Position numbers and translations under genes: made by a program. From Escherichia coli (GTDB taxonomy: Bacteria > Pseudomonadota > Gammaproteobacteria > Enterobacterales > Enterobacteriaceae), in assembly GCF_044324875.1 (NCBI RefSeq), contig NZ_CP172185.1: 64,000 nt of DNA. One strand, written 5' to 3'. Shown in pieces: positions 60,591 through 64,000 of this stretch; the stretch's first letter is position 1; every line of letters starts with the position of its first letter. The notes under the pieces were generated by a model. The model ran no database searches and was not told the origin of the DNA. It saw only the letters and a program-made list of their open reading frames with translations.

Positions 60591-62096
60591 TCACGAAGCC
60601 AGCGATAACCTCTGCTGCGTATACTCCACTAGCCACTGACTCACACGAGATTGTTGATCCGCATTCAGCCACATGCCTTGTTTTGTGCGACGCCACAGGG
60701 CATCGTCGGCGCGACGGACCCATTCGTGATCCACCAGGTATTTCAGTTCCGCTTCGTAGAACTCATGACCGAAATCCTCCCCGAGGTCGCTTATCGCTCC
60801 CGCATTGCAGAGCAGCAGCTCGCTGTTGCTGCCGTAAGTGCGCGCGTAGTGACGTGCCAGCGATTCGGTCAGGAATGGGTAACGACGGCGCAGACGAGCT
60901 GCGTAATCGTCGCGGTCGCCTTCAATGGCACCACCCGGCAGCACGCTCTCTTTCGTCCATGCCGGGCCAATGCCCTGATAATACGGCGTCAGTTTTTCCA
61001 GCGCATGTTCCGCCAGTTTGCGGTAGGTGGTCAACTTACCGCCGAATACCGACAGCAGCGGCGCTTTGCCGTTTTCATCATGGATATCAAGGGTGTAATC
61101 ACGAGTGATAGCCTGCGGCGAATCGGACTCATCATCACACAGCGGACGCACGCCGGAGTAGGTCCAGACGATATCGTCCCGGCTTAACTGCTTTTTAAAG
61201 TGCGTGTTATACACTTTCAGCAGGTAATTGATTTCACTCTCTTCAATTTTTACTGCTTTTGGATCACCTTTGTATTCCACATCGGTGGTGCCGATGATGG
61301 AAAACTCGTCCATCCACGGGATCACGAAGACAATACGTTTATCTTCGTTTTGCAGAATGTAGGCCTGCTTTTGTGTATGCACACGCGGCACCACAATATG
61401 GCTGCCTTTGATCAGGCGAATGCCATAAGGTGAGGGTAGATGCATCCCGTCGTCGAAGAACTGCTTCACCCACGGGCCGGTGGCGTTCACGAGGCCGCGC
61501 GCTTGCCAGCTATATTTTTTGCCGGTATCGATATCTTCCGCTTCCACAATCCACAGGCCGTTTTCGCGGCGAGCAGAAGTGGCACGAGTACGGGTAAGCA
61601 CTTCACCGCCTTTACGCACCACCATCTGGGCGTTGGCGAGTACCAGACGGGCGTCGTCTACCCAACAGTCGGAATATTCGAATCCGCGCTTAATTTCCGG
61701 TTTTAACACTGAATTTGCGCCAAAACGCAAACCGGTTGATCCCGGTAGGCTGGTGCGTTTACCCAGATGATCGTACATAAACAGACCAATCCGAATCATC
61801 CACGCCGGGCGCAGATGCGGACGATGCGGCAGGCGAAAACGCATCGGGAAGGCGATATGCGGGGCCATTTTCAGTAGCACTTCACGTTCAGCCAGCGCCT
61901 CGCTGACCAGGCGGAATTCATAGTGCTCAAGGTAGCGCAGGCCACCGTGAATGAGTTTTGAACTGGCGGAAGAGGTCGCGCAAGCGAGATCCTGCGCCTC
62001 CAGCATCAGCACGGATAAACCGCGTCCAGCGGCGTCTGCCGCGATACCAGCACCATTGATGCCGCCACCTATCACAATCAGATCTTTGGTTTCCAT
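60591..62096 (-). CDS. glpD: aerobic glycerol-3-phosphate dehydrogenase GlpD
   Basis: Start at METKDLIVIGGGINGAGIA (FAD motif); ORF opens at 62111. Confidence 0.95.
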   Translation of the reverse strand: METKDLIVIGGGINGAGIAADAAGRGLSVLMLEAQDLACATSSASSKLIHGGLRYLEHYEFRLVSEALAEREVLLKMAPHIAFPMRFRLPHRPHLRPAWMIRIGLFMYDHLGKRTSLPGSTGLRFGANSVLKPEIKRGFEYSDCWVDDARLVLANAQMVVRKGGEVLTRTRATSARRENGLWIVEAEDIDTGKKYSWQARGLVNATGPWVKQFFDDGMHLPSPYGIRLIKGSHIVVPRVHTQKQAYILQNEDKRIVFVIPWMDEFSIIGTTDVEYKGDPKAVKIEESEINYLLKVYNTHFKKQLSRDDIVWTYSGVRPLCDDESDSPQAITRDYTLDIHDENGKAPLLSVFGGKLTTYRKLAEHALEKLTPYYQGIGPAWTKESVLPGGAIEGDRDDYAARLRRRYPFLTESLARHYARTYGSNSELLLCNAGAISDLGEDFGHEFYEAELKYLVDHEWVRRADDALWRRTKQGMWLNADQQSRVSQWLVEYTQQRLSLAS

Positions 62097-62207
62097 GCTG
62101 CCCTCATTCACTTTCGTTAAAGCTCATAAATGTTCGTTATCGAACATATTAGCAAAGAATCGCGCTTTAGGTAACATTGAAAAAACATTTTAGAGTGATA
62201 TGTATAA

Positions 62208-62612
<405 letters not shown>

Positions 62613-62644
62613 CGCTTTATACTGTCCCCTTTTGTGTGGAATAA

Positions 62645-63487
<843 letters not shown>

Positions 63488-63503
63488 TTCCAGGGATTTA
63501 TAA

Positions 63504-64000
63504 ATGAAACAAACACAACGTCACAACGGTATAATCGAACTGGTTAAACAGCAGGGTTATGTCAGTACCGAGGAACTGGTGGAGCACTTCTCCGTCAGCC
63601 CGCAGACTATTCGCCGCGACCTCAACGAACTGGCGGAGCAAAACCTGATCCTGCGCCATCATGGCGGCGCGGCGCTGCCTTCCAGTTCGGTTAACACGCC
63701 GTGGCACGATCGCAAGGCCACCCAGACCGAAGAAAAAGAGCGCATCGCCCGCAAAGTGGCGGAGCAAATCCCCAACGGCTCGACGCTGTTTATCGATATC
63801 GGCACCACCCCGGAAGCGGTGGCGCACGCGCTGCTTAATCACAGCAATTTGCGCATTGTGACTAACAATCTCAACGTTGCTAACACGCTGATGGTAAAAG
63901 AGGATTTCCGTATTATTCTCGCCGGTGGCGAATTACGCAGCCGCGATGGCGGGATCATAGGCGAAGCGACGCTCGATTTTATCTCCCAGTTCCGCCTTGA
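63504..64000 (+). CDS. glpR: DeoR-family glycerol-3-phosphate repressor GlpR (3' end beyond window)
   Basis: Starts MKQTQRHNGIIELVKQQGYVSTEELVEHF (HTH); runs to window end. Confidence 0.85.
   Translation, partial: MKQTQRHNGIIELVKQQGYVSTEELVEHFSVSPQTIRRDLNELAEQNLILRHHGGAALPSSSVNTPWHDRKATQTEEKERIARKVAEQIPNGSTLFIDIGTTPEAVAHALLNHSNLRIVTNNLNVANTLMVKEDFRIILAGGELRSRDGGIIGEATLDFISQFRL

Overview
The window reads as an enterobacterial (Escherichia coli-like) chromosomal segment in the order yhhT-yhhS-dcrB-yhhQ-tusA-zntA-yhhNML-rsmD-ftsYEX-rpoH-livJ-panM-livKHMGF-ugpBAECQ-yhhA-ggt-yrhB-yrhA-yhhZ-yhhY-ryhB-yhhX-yhhW-gntRKU-yhgN-asd-glgBXCAP-[fimbrial island + nested IS]-glpD-glpEGR. All gene names are recognised from the translated ORFs and from memory of the K-12 map; no database search was run. 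Most of it is conserved core genome. The accessory content is: (1) an IS1 copy (14..781) with a 9-bp target duplication, inserted in yhhT; (2) an AT-rich islet carrying yhhZ (Hcp-domain protein with C-terminal HNH nuclease motif) and its overlapping downstream gene yrhA, here uninterrupted; (3) a 7-gene chaperone-usher fimbrial cluster with two chaperones, lying between glgP and glpD behind a ~480-bp AT-rich leader; (4) an IS110-family (IS621-like) element that appears inserted into a REP sequence, whose recombinase gene is split by a nested IS21-family element (istA/istB), and whose non-coding end is highly structured (possible bridge-RNA-type ncRNA). The sRNA RyhB with its Fur box is recognisable between yhhY and yhhX. 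I see no CRISPR array, no tRNA/rRNA and no clear complete novel multi-gene system; the most speculative leads are the IS110 structured end, the toxin/immunity islet with a 41-codon ORF, and the unusual fimbrial major subunit. Coordinates of regulatory sites and IS boundaries are hand-counted and may be off by a few bases.
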